Positions 11,915 through 20,654 of a stretch of 64,000 nucleotides of DNA are shown here, piece by piece. Every line of letters begins with the position of its first letter. Within the stretch, counting starts at the first letter, position 1. Source of the stretch: an uncultured bacterium (lineage in GTDB: Bacteria > Krumholzibacteriota > Krumholzibacteriia > LZORAL124-64-63). The translations under genes and the position numbers were made by a program. Under the pieces are notes generated by a model. The model made no database searches. It was given only the letters and a program-made list of their open reading frames with translations, and was not told where the DNA came from. The DNA lies in contig CAVSZB010000007.1 of the NCBI GenBank assembly GCA_963732385.1, forward strand, positions 1,120,001 to 1,184,000, read 5' to 3'.

Positions 11915-13123
11915 CTAACGGCAGTCATTCAGGAGGTGCTGGCGCACGCCGGCCCTCTCCAGCACTCCGAGGGCCTCCCTGTACCGCATCGCCCAGGTGT
12001 TGCCCGCTGCAAAGCGCAGCATTTCGGGGCGCAGCTCGTTCCTGCGGCCGAGCGCCTCCCGGACGTGGCGCCACACTTCACCCGGTGTGTGCCCGACGAG
12101 CACCCTGGCGTCGAGGTCCCGGTAGACCGGCACGGGCGTGCTGGCAACGGGCAGCCCGGAGGCGGCATATTCGTAGAGCTTCATCGGGTTGACGTGCTCC
12201 ACCACCCTGTCGAGGCTGCGGCTGAACAGGACCAGCCCCACATCCCCATGAGCCAGGTAGGCCGGCACCCGCTCGGGCCTGACCGGTCCCTCCAGCCTCA
12301 GGTTGCCATGCTTCGTGGCCAGTCTTTCGAGGGCCTCGTTGACCGGGCCAAGGGCCAGCACGCAGCCTTCCCGCAAATTCAGGCACAAATGGGCAAGAAT
12401 GTTGAAGTCGATCTTGCCGAGATTCCCGAGCATCACCAGGCGTGGATGGGGGGCATCCGGGAGAGGATCTTCCGAACTCCTGGCTTCGAGGAACGGCTCG
12501 AGATTCGCGCCATGCGAAATGACATTGATCTTGTCGGCCGGCGTGTCGAATTCGTCGACGAGCGCCTGCTTCAGGCTCGGGGCCGTAACGACCACCTGAT
12601 CGGCCCGGAGATAGTTGTTCCTCTCCAGGGCGCCACAATTCGCGGGAGAGGTCGGGTAGCCCTGATAGTAGTCGGTCACGTGCTGCACCGACGGAATTCC
12701 GGGAAAGAATTTCGCGATGCCCTGGGAGAGGAAGCCCGACAGCCACAACACATCGGGAGACGGCATCCCCGAGCGTTTCATGATCTCCGGTATCGACGGC
12801 CCGCACAGGTCCCACACGTGATGGGCCAGCGCCGCCCGATCGAGAGGAGCATGCCTGCTGAATGGCAACCATGTTCGGGGGGTGTACGCGAAGACCCTGC
12901 CGTTCTCGTAGAAGATCCCGCCTTCGCGATTCTGCCTGAGGAGCTGGGCACGATAGGCGACGCCTCCCGGCCGCCAATGCCAGGGCATGAGCGGCAGGGT
13001 CATCCATATGACATGCCAGTCATGGCGCAGAAACTGTTCCGCGATCATTCTGGTGCTGATGGGATACACCGATTCCCACGGCACCTCCCTGACGAATAGC
13101 ATGCAGCGTCTGTGCGGGCTCAT
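11915..13123 (-). CDS. GT-B glycosyltransferase (GT4/TuaH-like)
   Basis: ADQVVVTAPSL, ISHGAN, DVGLVLF, NPMKLYEYAASGLPVAST. Confidence 0.85.
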   Translation of the reverse strand: MSPHRRCMLFVREVPWESVYPISTRMIAEQFLRHDWHVIWMTLPLMPWHWRPGGVAYRAQLLRQNREGGIFYENGRVFAYTPRTWLPFSRHAPLDRAALAHHVWDLCGPSIPEIMKRSGMPSPDVLWLSGFLSQGIAKFFPGIPSVQHVTDYYQGYPTSPANCGALERNNYLRADQVVVTAPSLKQALVDEFDTPADKINVISHGANLEPFLEARSSEDPLPDAPHPRLVMLGNLGKIDFNILAHLCLNLREGCVLALGPVNEALERLATKHGNLRLEGPVRPERVPAYLAHGDVGLVLFSRSLDRVVEHVNPMKLYEYAASGLPVASTPVPVYRDLDARVLVGHTPGEVWRHVREALGRRNELRPEMLRFAAGNTWAMRYREALGVLERAGVRQHLLNDCR

Positions 13124-13548
13124 GTCCGATCGCCATCCCTTCTCCGGCGAGGAAGGATAGGGGCTTCGTGCTGGTCGGTACAAGCGGATGAATGATGGTT
13201 CGTCGTCAGCCACCCGTGGCGTGTACCGCTGCAATAGTCGTCCGTGTCGATTTTTTCGATTTATGCCGGCGGCGCGATCGTGACCTGGATCGACTTCCGG
13301 GACAGCGCCATCAACAGCAGGAAAGACGCAGGCGACATGTCTCGAACCAGGGAAATCCTTGTCGCGATGGGGGTCGCGCTTTTGCTGTCAGCGGACGCGG
13401 CCGTGGCGTGAGGAGGGCTCCGACTGGCACGGGCTCGTCGCTGCCATCCATCTCGAGAGCCTCGGCAATTGAGAGCCGCCGCGCGCGACAGGACCGCCCG
13501 TGATCGGGTGCGCGCCAGACCGGCCTGGCGTGCTAAGCTGTGCCGGTC

Positions 13549-14520
13549 ATGATCGTCCTGACCGACTGTCCGCAGCGCCTGGCGGGAATCGTCCCGAGCG
13601 GCTGGGTGTCGCGCGCGGTGGCCGAGTTGCCGGCCGTCGATCGCGACCTCTGGCGCGCGCTCGGCGCGGGTTCCGGCCTGATTGGCGACGTCTGGACCGC
13701 GCGCGTGGGGCCGGCGGCAGGCGCGTCCGGCTTCTGGTCCCGCCTGCTCGTCGTCGCGGAGGCGCCCGTTTCCCAGTTCGATCTCCTGCGCGAACGGCTC
13801 GGCGACGGCCTGGCGCTGCCGGGGCCGGTCGCCACCCTGGCGCTGACCGGGCGCGGCTGTCACGGCCACCGCGGCCGGCCGTGGGTCGCGACAGACGGCA
13901 ACCTGCACCTGTGCGTGGCGTGGCGGCCGGCGGCGTTGCTGGCGCGCGACGCGCTCGCCCTGACCGCCCTGCCCGCCGTGGCGGTCGTGGATGCGCTGCG
14001 CGATCCCGCGCTCGGGCGCCTGCCGGCCGGGATCAAATGGGTGAACGACATCCTGGTCGGCGACCGCAAGCTGGCGGGGGTGCTGACGGCCTCGCAGGCG
14101 CTCGAGGAGTCGATCACGCTCGCCGTGCTCGGCATCGGCCTGAACGTCGCCGTGACGCCGGAGGTCCCCCCCACCATGTTCGTGCCGAAGGTCACCTCGC
14201 TGGCCGAACAGGGGATCGCCTGCGACCTCTCCGTCGCCTGCCTGGCGCTCCTGGACGCCTTGGCGCGGCGCTGGCAGGGACTGCTGGCGCGCGGGACGGC
14301 GGAGCTGTTCGCCGCCTACCGCGACGCCTCGGTCGTCCTGGGGCGCTCGGTCACGGTCTGGGACGAGGGGCTCGACGAGAGCGTCCCGCCGGCCGCCTGG
14401 CCACCGCCGCTGGCGCGCGGAGTCGTTACGGGCATAGGCGACGATTTGACTCTGCGAATCGCCGGCCTCGCCGAACCGGTCGGCCGGGGCCGCCTGGCGC
14501 TCGGCGCGCAGCCGTTCTGA
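13549..14520 (+). CDS. birA: Biotin-protein ligase (BirA catalytic domain, no HTH seen)
   Basis: GRGCHGHRGRPW, IKWVNDI, RKLAGVL, GIGLNV, VTSL; adjacent to a biotinylated decarboxylase. Confidence 0.8.
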   Translation: MIVLTDCPQRLAGIVPSGWVSRAVAELPAVDRDLWRALGAGSGLIGDVWTARVGPAAGASGFWSRLLVVAEAPVSQFDLLRERLGDGLALPGPVATLALTGRGCHGHRGRPWVATDGNLHLCVAWRPAALLARDALALTALPAVAVVDALRDPALGRLPAGIKWVNDILVGDRKLAGVLTASQALEESITLAVLGIGLNVAVTPEVPPTMFVPKVTSLAEQGIACDLSVACLALLDALARRWQGLLARGTAELFAAYRDASVVLGRSVTVWDEGLDESVPPAAWPPPLARGVVTGIGDDLTLRIAGLAEPVGRGRLALGAQPF

Positions 14521-14629
14521 TCGAGCCCACGTTCGATCGAGATTGTCGCCTTGACGCCGCTCTTTCAGGCTGGCATTCTGCCGTCTCTTAATTCTTCCCT
14601 GCGACGACCCCCGTCACCTGGAGGCCGCC

Positions 14630-14842
14630 GTGAACGATCTGGCCCTGCTGCACATCTGCACGACCGCGTTCCTCGTCGTCTTCGCCGTTCTCGCGGGCCT
14701 TGCACTCATCATCCACGCCATCACGCTCCTGTTTCCGGAGCGGCGAGGGGGGACCGATCCCGCCCTGATCGCCGCGATCTCCGGCGCCGTCAGCTCGCTC
14801 TATCCCCAGTCTCGCGTGACGCGCATCGAGGAGGAGAGATGA
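14630..14842 (+). CDS. oadG: Na+-translocating decarboxylase small (gamma/delta-like) subunit
   Basis: GGAGG RBS; one TM helix (FLVVFAVLAGLALII) followed by LIAAISGAV; ATGA overlap with the next gene. Confidence 0.75.
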   Translation: MNDLALLHICTTAFLVVFAVLAGLALIIHAITLLFPERRGGTDPALIAAISGAVSSLYPQSRVTRIEEER

Positions 14843-16716
14843 TCATCGCCGGCACCCCCAAGACGATCCGGGTCATGTTCACCCCCTTCCGCGACGGGCT
14901 GCAGAGCTCGTTCGGCGGCAAGGTGCGCCTGCGGGACATCCTGCCGGCGATGGAGTACGCCGCCCAGAAGGTCGGCATCCGGCACTTCGAGTTCGGCGGC
15001 GGGGCCCGTTTCCAGGCGCCGTACTTCTACGTCGATGAGAACCCGTTCTGGTGCCAGGAACAGATGCGCCGGGCGGTCGGACCGGACGTCATCCTGCAGA
15101 TCCTCACCCGCTCGGTCTCGGGCGTCACGCTCACGACGCAGAAGCTCAAGGCGCTGGAGGCCCAGGCCCGGCTGATGCGCAAGCACGGCACGACGTGGGA
15201 CCGCAACTTCGACTACATGAACGACGTCGACAACCTGGTCCGCACCGGCCAGCCGATCGTCGACGCCGGCATGCACCACCAGGTCTGCGTCGCCATGATG
15301 GGGATGCCGTTCGCCGACGACACCGTCCACACGGCCGCCTTCTACGTGGACGTCGTCAAGAAGCTGCTCAAGCGCGACATCCACTTCGACTCGGTCTGCA
15401 TGAAGGACGCCTCCGGCACGACCGATCCGCGCACCTGCTACGAGACGGCCAAGGAGCTGCGGCGGATCCTGCCGCCGGAGGTGCTGCTCTGGCAGCACAC
15501 GCACGACACCGCCTCGATCGCGGTCTCCTGCTACCTGGCCGGCATCGAGGGGGGCGTCGACGGCATCGACCTGTCGGTGCGGCCGATGGCCTCGGGCACG
15601 GTGCAGCCCGACATGCGCTCCGTCGCGCACGCGCTCAAGGGGACCGGCTACTCGCTCGACATCGACGCCACGCGCATGGACGAGATCGAGAGCCTGCTCA
15701 ACGAGGGGCTGGCCGATTACGACTTCGACCCGGTGACCACGGCCGCCGACGCGCGGGTGGTCGGCTTCCCGATGCCGGGCGGCGCCATCGGGCCCAACGT
15801 GCACATGATGAAGGAGGCGGGCATCCTCGGCAAGTATTCGGAGGTGCTCGCGGAGTTCCCGGTCGTGGTGCGGGCCGGCGGCGCGTGGACGAGCGTCACC
15901 CCGGGCAGCCAGCAGTACTGGCTGCAGGCGTTCAACAACGTCCTGCACGGACGGTGGCAGAAGATCGATGCCGGCTTCGGCAAGGCGGTGCTCGGCTACT
16001 TCGGCCGCACGCCGCTGCCCCCCGATCCCGAGGTGGTAAGGATCGCCAGCGAGCAGCTCGGCAAGCCGCCGTTCACGGGCGATCCGCTCGAGGCGGCACC
16101 GGACAGCCTGGCCGAGGCCGAGACCGCGCTGCGCGAGCGCAACATCCCGGTGACCGACGAGAACATCTTCCTGGTCGCGGCCGCGATCGTCCCGGGCAAA
16201 AACCTCGATCTGAACGAGGGGATCCGGCTGCTGACCGGCAAGGCGAAGATCGTGCTGGCGCTGCGCAAGAAGCCCGAAGCGGCCGCGCCGGCCCCCGCTC
16301 CGGCCGCCGCCGCCGTGGCCGGCCCGCCGCTGCTGAGCGCGCCGATCACGACGACCTGCACCGTGGTCGAGGGGCAGACGACCCGCAAGTTCCGCATCAC
16401 GCTCGAGCCGGCGCACGGTCAGGCGGCCGCCCAGGTGGCGGGGCCGATCGTGAGCGCGGCCGCGGCGCCCGCTCCGGGCGGCGCGGTGGTGGGCGGCACG
16501 ATGGTCTACTCCCCTTTCGAAGGGAAGGTCCAGCTGGTGGAGATCCGCGTCCGCGTCGGCGACGCGGTGGCCAAGGGACAGGTGGTGGCCGCCGTGGAGG
16601 CGATGAAGGCGAAGCACGACGTGAAGGCCCCCTGCGCGGGCAGGGTGCTGAGCATCGATGCCGAGTTGGGCGCGGACATTGTCGCCGGCAGGGCCATTCT
16701 GACGGTCGGGGAGTAG
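14839..16716 (+). CDS. oadA: Carboxyltransferase plus biotin-carrier subunit (OadA/PycB-like)
   Basis: RDGLQS, EFGGGARFQ, KDASG, HTHDT, MPGG, SVTP; Ala/Pro linker; biotinyl motif EAMKA. Confidence 0.88.
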   Translation: MIIAGTPKTIRVMFTPFRDGLQSSFGGKVRLRDILPAMEYAAQKVGIRHFEFGGGARFQAPYFYVDENPFWCQEQMRRAVGPDVILQILTRSVSGVTLTTQKLKALEAQARLMRKHGTTWDRNFDYMNDVDNLVRTGQPIVDAGMHHQVCVAMMGMPFADDTVHTAAFYVDVVKKLLKRDIHFDSVCMKDASGTTDPRTCYETAKELRRILPPEVLLWQHTHDTASIAVSCYLAGIEGGVDGIDLSVRPMASGTVQPDMRSVAHALKGTGYSLDIDATRMDEIESLLNEGLADYDFDPVTTAADARVVGFPMPGGAIGPNVHMMKEAGILGKYSEVLAEFPVVVRAGGAWTSVTPGSQQYWLQAFNNVLHGRWQKIDAGFGKAVLGYFGRTPLPPDPEVVRIASEQLGKPPFTGDPLEAAPDSLAEAETALRERNIPVTDENIFLVAAAIVPGKNLDLNEGIRLLTGKAKIVLALRKKPEAAAPAPAPAAAAVAGPPLLSAPITTTCTVVEGQTTRKFRITLEPAHGQAAAQVAGPIVSAAAAPAPGGAVVGGTMVYSPFEGKVQLVEIRVRVGDAVAKGQVVAAVEAMKAKHDVKAPCAGRVLSIDAELGADIVAGRAILTVGE

Positions 16717-16719
16717 GCG

Positions 16720-17874
16720 ATGGACATCGTTGCGACGCTGGTGCGGGAATCGGGATTCGCTTCCCTGGGCTGGCAGAATCTGGTCATGTTCGGCATCGGC
16801 GGCCTGCTCGTCTTCCTGGCGATCCGCAAGGGATTCGAGCCGCTGCTGCTGATCCCGATCGGCTTCGGCGCGATCCTGGCGAACCTGCCGGGGGCGCTGC
16901 TGAGCGTCTCGGTCCTGCGCGCGCCGGGCGGCGCCGAGGTGTCTCCCCTGCTCCAGCTCGTTTACGACAGCGGCATCCGGACGGAGTTCCTGCCGCCGGT
17001 GATCTTCCTGGGGGTCGGCGCGCTGACCGACTTCCGCCCGCTGCTGGCGCGGCCGATCACCTTGCTGCTCGGCGCCGCGGCGCAACTGGGGGTGGTCGTG
17101 GCCGCCATGGGCGCCCATTTCCTGTTCCGTTTCAGCAACGGCGAGGCGGCCTCGATCGGCATCATCGGCGGCGCCGACGGTCCGACCTCGATCTACCTGA
17201 CCGCCAAGCTGGCCCCCCACCTGCTCGGCGCGGTGGCGGTGTCGGCCTACAGCTACATGGCGCTGGTGCCGGTGATCCAGCCGCCGATCATGCGCCTGCT
17301 GACGACGAAAGCCGAGCGCGGCATCGACATGCCACAGGCCAAGCCGGTCTCGCAGACGGCCGTGGTGCTGTTCCCCGTGCTCACGGCCGTGGTGGCATCG
17401 CTGGCGGTGCCGTCGTGCGCGCCGCTGATCGGCATGCTGATGTTCGGCAACCTGCTGCGCGAATCGGGCGTGACGGAGCGGCTGTACAAGACGGCCGGCA
17501 CGCACCTGATCAACACGGTGACCATCTTCCTGGGCATCACCGTCGGCGCCACGATGGAAGGGATCGCCTTCCTCCAGGCCCGCACCATCTTCATCCTGCT
17601 GCTGGGCGCCGTCGCCTTCGCCTTCAGCACGGCGGGCGGCGTCCTGTTCGCCAAGCTGCTCAACCTGATCCTCCCCCAGAGCCAGCGCCTCAACCCGTGC
17701 ATCGGCGCCGCCGGCGTCTCGGCCGTGCCGATGGCCGCCCGCGTGGTCCAGAACTTCGTCTCTTGCGAAACCGACGGCCGGGTCAACCCGCTCATGCCGG
17801 CGATGGGCCCCAACGTCGCGGGCGTGATCGGCACGGCGGTGGCGGCGGGGGTGTTCCTGGCGTTGGTGAGATAG
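16720..17874 (+). CDS. oadB: Na+-translocating decarboxylase beta subunit
   Basis: EPLLLIPIGFG, GVGALTDF, AASIGIIGGADGPTSI, AYSYMALVPVIQPP, GVSAVPMAARV, AMGPNVAGVIG. Confidence 0.95.
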   Translation: MDIVATLVRESGFASLGWQNLVMFGIGGLLVFLAIRKGFEPLLLIPIGFGAILANLPGALLSVSVLRAPGGAEVSPLLQLVYDSGIRTEFLPPVIFLGVGALTDFRPLLARPITLLLGAAAQLGVVVAAMGAHFLFRFSNGEAASIGIIGGADGPTSIYLTAKLAPHLLGAVAVSAYSYMALVPVIQPPIMRLLTTKAERGIDMPQAKPVSQTAVVLFPVLTAVVASLAVPSCAPLIGMLMFGNLLRESGVTERLYKTAGTHLINTVTIFLGITVGATMEGIAFLQARTIFILLLGAVAFAFSTAGGVLFAKLLNLILPQSQRLNPCIGAAGVSAVPMAARVVQNFVSCETDGRVNPLMPAMGPNVAGVIGTAVAAGVFLALVR

Positions 17875-17967
17875 GCGGGCGCTCGCCGATTCGACAGCCA
17901 ATGGCCCTGATAAAATGATGTGCGACCAGACCGGGGGCGGTTGGGGAATCCAGTTCGGAGCCCGGGC

Positions 17968-19161
17968 CTAGTCGAGCGGGATCGTCAGGTTGAGCGCCTG
18001 CCCCTGGCGATACACCCGCACCGGAACCCGCTTGCCCGCCGGCGTGTCCAGCAGCATGCGCTGCAGGTCCCCCGACTCCAGCAGCTTCTGGTGATCGAAC
18101 TGGAGCAGGATGTCGCCGGGCCGCAGCCCGCCCCGATCGGCCGCCGAGCCCTCCTGCACCGTCTCGAGGAACAGGACGTAGGGCCCGGCCTTCTCCACCA
18201 GCATCAGCTGCGCCAGCTGCTCGGCCGGCAGGTCTCCCGGCGCCAGCTCGCGGGGCAGGATGCCGAGCGAAGGTCTGGACACCGGAACGCCCGGGTCGGT
18301 CACCTTCTTTCCCACGACCGTCTGCCGCTGGAAGGCCAGGGCGAGCTTGTCCACCCGGCCCTGGGCATCGCGTGTGAACGTCGCCATCCAGGGATGCTGC
18401 CGGCTGTAGAAACGGTCCCAGGCGATGGGATAGAGCTCGTCATGGGCGAAGTCCTCCAGCATCAGCCGACCCTCCTCCTGCCACACCTTGATGACGAAGC
18501 CGCCCCCGAGGACATAGTCGCCGACGTAGTCGCCGTACGCCGCAAGAGGCATCTCGACGGCCGCAGGTTTGGTGAACGCGTAGTCGGCAGGCCGGCGGCC
18601 GGACTGGTCCACCGCCTCTGGCGAGGCGCCCGCCGCCAGCAGCATCTGCCGCACTTCCTCGTGGCCGCATTTGGTGGCGTAGTGCAACGGCGTCCAGCCC
18701 TCGTCCGAAGCGGTCTGCAGGTCGGCGCCGTGTTTGAGGAAGGCCTCCACGTTCCCCAGGGTCCCGCGCTGGACCGCCATCTGGAGCGGCGTGTTGCCCC
18801 AGGCGTTGCGGGCCTCCAGAGTGGCCCCCTGCGCCAGCAGCAGGGAGATGATCTCGGGGTTGTCCTCGTTGGCAGCGCAGTGGAGGGAGGCGCATCCGTC
18901 CCTGCCCATCGCGTTCACGTCGGCGCCACGGGCCACCAGATCGCGGACGACCGCCCACTTGCCGCGCATCGCCGCCCAGTTCAAGGCCGTGTAGCCGACC
19001 CCGTCCCGGGCTTCGAGCAGGCCGGGGTCGTCCGCCAGGAGAGTCTGGACCGCTCCCAGGTCGCCGATCTTGGCGGCTTCGTGGATCTCGGCGGCCTGCA
19101 GATCGGAAGACGGGCTCAAAAATAGAACGGAAAGAAATAGCCAAAGGACGGGGCGGTTCAT
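17968..19161 (-). CDS. Secreted ankyrin-repeat protein with DUF3471-like and C-terminal PDZ domains
   Basis: Signal peptide; about 5 ankyrin repeats (GYTALNWAA, GNTPLQMA, GWTPLHYA); YVGDY segment; PDZ GSAADRGGLRPGDIL. Confidence 0.85.
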   Translation of the reverse strand: MNRPVLWLFLSVLFLSPSSDLQAAEIHEAAKIGDLGAVQTLLADDPGLLEARDGVGYTALNWAAMRGKWAVVRDLVARGADVNAMGRDGCASLHCAANEDNPEIISLLLAQGATLEARNAWGNTPLQMAVQRGTLGNVEAFLKHGADLQTASDEGWTPLHYATKCGHEEVRQMLLAAGASPEAVDQSGRRPADYAFTKPAAVEMPLAAYGDYVGDYVLGGGFVIKVWQEEGRLMLEDFAHDELYPIAWDRFYSRQHPWMATFTRDAQGRVDKLALAFQRQTVVGKKVTDPGVPVSRPSLGILPRELAPGDLPAEQLAQLMLVEKAGPYVLFLETVQEGSAADRGGLRPGDILLQFDHQKLLESGDLQRMLLDTPAGKRVPVRVYRQGQALNLTIPLD

Positions 19162-19267
19162 AGGTCATCCCTCCGGAGGATGGGATTCACGAGGGACCCT
19201 CTACGGGATCGGTCGGACCGGAGATTTTCCCGGCCCGACCAATTTCCCCAGGAAACTCAGCCGTCTC

Positions 19268-20518
19268 TCAGTACAGGTCGCCGAAGAGCGTGAAGGCCCA
19301 CAGGTCCTGCCAGCCGCCCCAGTCGTCGCCCAGCAGCTCGCCCCAGTCCTCGCGGGCATAATCGAGGCGGGCGCCGGGACCGCCCGTCGCTACGGTCGAT
19401 CGCTCGCAGAAGTAGACCGCCCCGGCACCCGCACCGTCGAACTCGGTCCCGACGACCACGTCCTGGTCGTCGTCCGCGTCGAGCCGGCCGACCGCGAAGC
19501 AGAAGGCCCAGCGGGAGCCCAGGATCCGGTCCGTGGACGCGTACCGCCCCGAACCGTCGTTGAGCCACAGCCGGTTGCCCTCGCCAACGTTCGCGGTGAT
19601 CAGGTCCAGGTCGCCGTCGCGGTCCGCGTCGAACAGGACGACCCGGATAGCGCCGGGGCAGAAATAGGGGCCCGCCTCGGCGAAGGATCCCGCGCCGTCC
19701 CGGTTGAGCCAGACCCGCACCCCGTTCTCGATGTTCGCCACGACGAGATCGACGTCGCCGTCGCCGTCGACGTCCCCGCAGCCCACGCCGTCGCAGCCGT
19801 ACGCGTCGCCCACGGCCTGCCGCGCGTCGCGGAAGCCGCCCGCGCCGTCGTTGATCCGGATCTCGCCCGGCTGCTGGAGATAGCCGAGGAAGTAGTCGGA
19901 GACCGCGTCACCGTCGAAATCGGCCGCGGCCATCACCGGGCTCGTGACGCCGCCGTAGCCGACGTCGGTGCGGACGAAGCGCCCGCCGCCGTCGTTGACC
20001 CACAGCCGGTTCGGCCGGCGCGCGTAGACCAGGCAGGCGTCGACGTCGCCGTCGGCGTCGAAGTCGGCGAGCACGACCGACTGCGGCGCGTCGTTCGCCG
20101 ACCCGATGTCCTGCCCGCTGTCGATCAGCCTTCCCGCGCCGTCGTTGAGGAAGACCCGGCTCGGCGCGTCGTGGCAGACCAGGAAGACATCGGGACGGGA
20201 GTCCCCGTTCAGGTCGCCGAACTCGACATCGTGGGCCCGCTGCGCGTCGGAGGCCTCGAAGCGCTGGCGGCTGTCGGTGAACACACCATTGCCGTCGTTG
20301 AGCCAGAGCCGGCTCGGCCCGGTGTAGTTCCCGATGAAAAGGTCATTGTCGCCGTCCGCGTCCACATCAACAATCGCCACGCCGAAGACCCTGGCCACGC
20401 CGAAGCTCTGGGAGCCCTGCCTGAACGATACCGGGGCAGCGGCCGCGGCGCAGCCGGCGAGCAGGCAGCACAAGGCTACAGCCCGGGCTGCCGCTTGCTT
20501 CCAGCGAAATGTCGTCAT
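19268..20518 (-). CDS. Secreted FG-GAP/VCBS repeat beta-propeller protein
   Basis: Seven DxDxDGDxD-type repeats, most followed by a LWLNDG-type motif; signal peptide from ATG 20518. Confidence 0.85.
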   Translation of the reverse strand: MTTFRWKQAAARAVALCCLLAGCAAAAAPVSFRQGSQSFGVARVFGVAIVDVDADGDNDLFIGNYTGPSRLWLNDGNGVFTDSRQRFEASDAQRAHDVEFGDLNGDSRPDVFLVCHDAPSRVFLNDGAGRLIDSGQDIGSANDAPQSVVLADFDADGDVDACLVYARRPNRLWVNDGGGRFVRTDVGYGGVTSPVMAAADFDGDAVSDYFLGYLQQPGEIRINDGAGGFRDARQAVGDAYGCDGVGCGDVDGDGDVDLVVANIENGVRVWLNRDGAGSFAEAGPYFCPGAIRVVLFDADRDGDLDLITANVGEGNRLWLNDGSGRYASTDRILGSRWAFCFAVGRLDADDDQDVVVGTEFDGAGAGAVYFCERSTVATGGPGARLDYAREDWGELLGDDWGGWQDLWAFTLFGDLY

Positions 20519-20654
20519 GGGGTATTGTCTCCGGATCGTCGTTGGGGTTGCGACAGGACAGCGGGGCGGAGTCATTACGTCCCGGCACGCGCATTGTTCT
20601 GGGCGACGGCCCGCCTCCCCCGGCGGGCCGTCGCTTCGCGGCTTCCCCTGTCGC

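Noticed and set aside
13337..13411. Signal-peptide-like mini-ORF MSRTREILVAMGVALLLSADAAVA ending in TGA; considered as Sec readthrough
   Set aside because: The downstream frame is not protein-like and there is no convincing SECIS. At most it is a gene remnant.
14800..17918. Very long antisense or alternate-frame ORFs (e.g. 14800-17901 minus, 15051-17918 plus, 49459-53037 minus, 56243-58183 minus, 61510-63924 minus)
   Set aside because: Shadow ORFs typical of high-GC DNA. They overlap motif-supported genes and give R/A/G/P-rich translations with no motifs.
19268..19400. Odd acidic, Trp-rich tail on the FG-GAP protein as a chimeric junction
   Set aside because: No repeat, scar or homology evidence is visible, so it cannot be supported.
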